NCBI GenBank assembly: GCA_905215845.1
Contig: CAJMRU010000001.1
Location: 1 to 28,802 of the forward strand
Length of the DNA: 28,802 nt
Reading direction: 5' to 3'
Source of the DNA: an uncultured bacterium
Lineage (GTDB): Bacteria > Bacillota > Clostridia > TANB77 > CAG-508
A model generated the notes under the pieces. It had not been told where the DNA came from. It made no database searches and saw only the letters and a list, made by a program, of their open reading frames with translations. The stretch's first letter is position 1, and each line of letters starts with the position of its first letter. The translations under genes and the position numbers were made by a program. Positions 26,168 through 28,802 of the stretch are shown piece by piece.

Positions 26168-26300
26168 CTCTGTATGTTAGTATTAGCTTTATTTTTCATA
26201 CCATTCGCAATCTTGACAAATACAGTTTCATCTTGTTCTTTTTCTATTTGTTAATAATCGTCACAAAAGCATTGAAAAAAAATACAATAACCTACCATTA

Positions 26301-26570
26301 TTATTCTCCTTCTATAATATTTAATATTTCGTTAATTTCTTTGTCGTATCCATATATACCATCTCTTTTAATTGCTTTTAAATATTCTTTTAATCTGTCT
26401 GTTACTTTATCTAGTATAGATTGCTTTTGTTCTAATTCTTTTATTCTCTTGTCTTTTTCGTCTATTTGTTTTTGCATTACTGCAAATTTTATGGCATATA
26501 TCCTATGTTCTCTCGTATCAGCTCCATTTAATATTCTTGTCGCTTGTAATTCATCATCATCTAAATCCAT
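26301..26570 (-). CDS. hypothetical protein
   Basis: ORF track, with a GAGGTG RBS. Confidence 0.65.
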   Translation of the reverse strand: MDLDDDELQATRILNGADTREHRIYAIKFAVMQKQIDEKDKRIKELEQKQSILDKVTDRLKEYLKAIKRDGIYGYDKEINEILNIIEGE

Positions 26571-26573
26571 TCT

Positions 26574-26789
26574 TCACACCTCTTTCTCCAATAAATGTAT
26601 ACTTTCTTTTAGACTGTCTATCTCTACTTGGTATTCTCTTATTTCTTTTTCTTTATTTTGCAATTCTAAATTATTTACTAACAGTCCTGTAAAAAGTCCT
26701 AAAATAAATACTATTAAAATTACAAATGCTGTTTTTATTTTATTCTCTATTTCGTATAGTTCTTTGTTATAATATTTAGTCTTTTGCAT
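26574..26789 (-). CDS. small single-TM membrane protein
   Basis: Hydrophobic segment AFVILIVFILGLFTGLLV and a GGAGG RBS. Confidence 0.65.
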   Translation of the reverse strand: MQKTKYYNKELYEIENKIKTAFVILIVFILGLFTGLLVNNLELQNKEKEIREYQVEIDSLKESIHLLEKEV

Positions 26790-28168
26790 TAGTTACCTCC
26801 TCTATTTCAATAATTTCATTATTATTTTTTTTATAATAACTTTTTCTACTTCTATACATGTTTTGAAAATATTGCATTGGATCTACCAAATCATAGCAAA
26901 TAGGCTTAATTTTATTTTCAAATTTTCTTTCTATTCTTCCAATTGATTGTATAATTGTTGCTTTATCTCTATGTGGACTTGCTAAGATAAGCCTGTCTAA
27001 TCTTGGGATATCTAGTCCTTCTTTTGCTAATCCATAAGTAGCAAATATAACTCTTTCTCTTCCTTCTCGTATTTCTTGTATTGCATTTTCTCTAATATCC
27101 TTTTTGGTCTTTCCATCTATAACATTTCCATATCCTAATTCTTTTTGTAAATATTTCATTTGCCCAACCCTGTCAGCTAATACTAATGTATAATGATTTT
27201 TACATATATTTAATAGCTTTAATATTATTTCATTTCTTTCATGATTCTCTGATAAAGCTGTTGTAAGTAATGGATATTTTATTGTACCATCTTCATTTTC
27301 ACATTCTTCAGGAATTTCATTAAAATTAGTTCCTACTTTTACTATTGTTGCAGGTATTATTCTATCTCCTATTACCTCTTTATCTAATTCTATTACTGTT
27401 TTTCCTAATAAACTAAACATTGCCTTCTCTGTTCCTTTTACATTTCTGTAAGGAGTTGCTGTTAATCCATATTTATATCTTGCTACTAACTTATTGATTA
27501 CCTTATAAAACATACCTGCTTTTGCTGGTGTGCCACAAACTCGATGACATTCATCTACAATAATACAATCCCATGTATCTGCATAAGCTTGTAAATCTAT
27601 GCTTTTTAATGTTTGCACTGTTGCAAATGTAATATGTGTTCCTATTTCTATTTTTCCATTAGCAATTTTTCCCAACCCTATATCTTCAAAATTGTTCTTA
27701 GCTCTATTATAACTTTGATTTAACAAATCTATTGTGTGTGTTATCCATAATGTTTTTAAACCTAGTCTTGAAATAATCTCTAATGCTGTTTGTGTTTTTC
27801 CTGAACCGAGCTGGCATAACTATTATTCCATTCTTTTTTAACAAAGCTTTTTCACATACTTCTTCTTGATATTCAAATAAACCAATATTGCTTTTATATT
27901 TAAGCTTTTCTCCTAAAATAATTCTATTTTCAAACATATTAGATGGATACATATCAAACAAATCTCTTAAACACCCAAATGGCAATATTAATTCATTTCC
28001 ATTTATTTCGTAAAAAACTAAATTCAATGGTGTTTTATAATTTGAATATCCCAATCTTTCATTTCTTAAATAATCTGGATTAGGAATTACCAATGTTTGC
28101 TCAGCATAATTTTTAATTACATCATCTGGATCTTGTATCTTTATATTATTAGATACTATTATCTTCAT
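26776..28168 (-). CDS. SF2 DEAD/DEAH-box helicase (~463 aa); needs a +1 shift at CGG 27808-27806
   Basis: Q motif LFEYQEE. GIIVMPA-(C)GGT-SGKTQTAL restores Walker A. DECH, GLTATP, EGLDIP and QSIGRIER motifs follow in the downstream frame. Confidence 0.92.
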
Positions 28169-28529
28169 TCGTCCTTCCCTCCAATTCAATATTCTTTTGT
28201 TTAAAATCTATATTTTTCATATTAATTTCATAAATTTTATTATTATACTTAATCGCTAGTATAAATGTTGTGTTTCCACATTTTAAATACCTCTTAAATG
28301 CTTGTCTTTGATTTTCTTCTATTCTAGATATAGGAAATAAATGTGTTTTACAAGTTTTACAATCTATTAATATAGCTTTATCATTTTTTATTGCGATTAA
28401 ATCACATGGTTGACTTCCAATATATTTTTTAGGAGAAAGAAATGTAACCCAATAACCTCTACTTTTTAATATTCTTGCATACTCTTTTTCAAAATCATTT
28501 CCTATTTTTTTATTTGATTTTAAATCCAT
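28149..28529 (-). CDS. PD-(D/E)xK nuclease, Holliday-junction resolvase-like
   Basis: GNDFEKEYARILKSRGYWV...PCDLIAIK...LIDCKT. The likely start is MDLKS. Confidence 0.75.
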   Translation of the reverse strand: MDLKSNKKIGNDFEKEYARILKSRGYWVTFLSPKKYIGSQPCDLIAIKNDKAILIDCKTCKTHLFPISRIEENQRQAFKRYLKCGNTTFILAIKYNNKIYEINMKNIDFKQKNIELEGRTNEDNSI

Positions 28530-28713
28530 TAAGAATTTCCTCCTCTGTAACATTTGGTATTTTTTCTAATATTTTATTTATTCTACTTAATAACTCTTTT
28601 ACTACTGGTAAATAATTGTCTATTTCTTCTATATGCTCTTCTATATAATTACACCCATTGTAATATCTTTTTAATATTTTATTATATGTTTCTTTTAATA
28701 CTTCCTCTTCCAT
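28510..28713 (-). CDS. hypothetical protein
   Basis: ORF track, 67 aa, with a GGGAG RBS. Confidence 0.6.
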   Translation of the reverse strand: MEEEVLKETYNKILKRYYNGCNYIEEHIEEIDNYLPVVKELLSRINKILEKIPNVTEEEILNGFKIK

Positions 28714-28723
28714 TTGTATCTCC

Positions 28724-28802
28724 CTATTTAGTTAAATTTATATCGATTTTATTTACAGTTGAATAGTATTCTGTAATCCATTTCTCAGGATTGTCTGTAT
28801 TT
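28724..28802 (-). CDS. 3' end of a gene running off the window
   Basis: Open frame ...NTDNPEKWITEYYSTVNKIDINLTK* ending just before the next RBS. Confidence 0.45.
   Translation of the reverse strand, partial: NTDNPEKWITEYYSTVNKIDINLTK

Larger units (their letters stand above)
1121..28802. mobile_element. temperate siphophage / prophage region; boundaries not determined
   Basis: Complete packaging-head-tail-lysis module in canonical order, plus replication and early genes. Confidence 0.9.

Noticed and set aside
27707..27805. Intron or intein as the explanation for the split helicase and tail genes
   Set aside because: Removing a single base restores each protein, so there is no intervening sequence.
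1837..28766. Plus-strand ORFs in the track overlapping phage genes (for example 25996..26772, 11829..12353, 9305..9715)
   Set aside because: They are antisense shadows of well-supported minus-strand genes, with Phe/Leu/Ile/Ser-rich composition and no recognisable motifs.
1..28802. Stop-codon reassignment (TAG or TGA read-through) as the cause of split genes
   Set aside because: Long genes are intact under the standard code and end in TAA, TAG and TGA. The splits are frame changes, not in-frame stops.

Overview
This is an AT-rich segment of a long-tailed (Siphoviridae-like) temperate phage or prophage, most likely from a Bacillota (Clostridia-like) host; the host is an inference. Almost all genes are on the minus strand. 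Read right to left, they are: a Holliday-junction resolvase-like nuclease, an SF2 helicase, small early genes, an ArpU/RinA-like late activator, an RtcB RNA ligase, a structured non-coding region with tRNA-Ser(GCT), the terminase subunits, portal, a MuF-like minor head protein with a C-terminal HExxH domain and a small partner gene, scaffold, major capsid, head-tail and tail genes, tape measure, tail-tip and fibre proteins, holin and an M23 endolysin. A hicAB toxin-antitoxin pair on the plus strand and small HTH and hypothetical genes close the left end. The main observation is that three unrelated genes (hicA, the large tail-tip protein and the helicase) are each split by a +1 frameshift at exactly an in-frame CGG codon. 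Skipping the C and reading GGN as Gly restores each protein, including the helicase Walker A motif. A manual scan found no other in-frame CGG in the called genes, while about 19 out-of-frame CGG trinucleotides cause no disruption. This points to CGG(N) acting as a +1 recoding or four-base Gly codon in this phage and its host.
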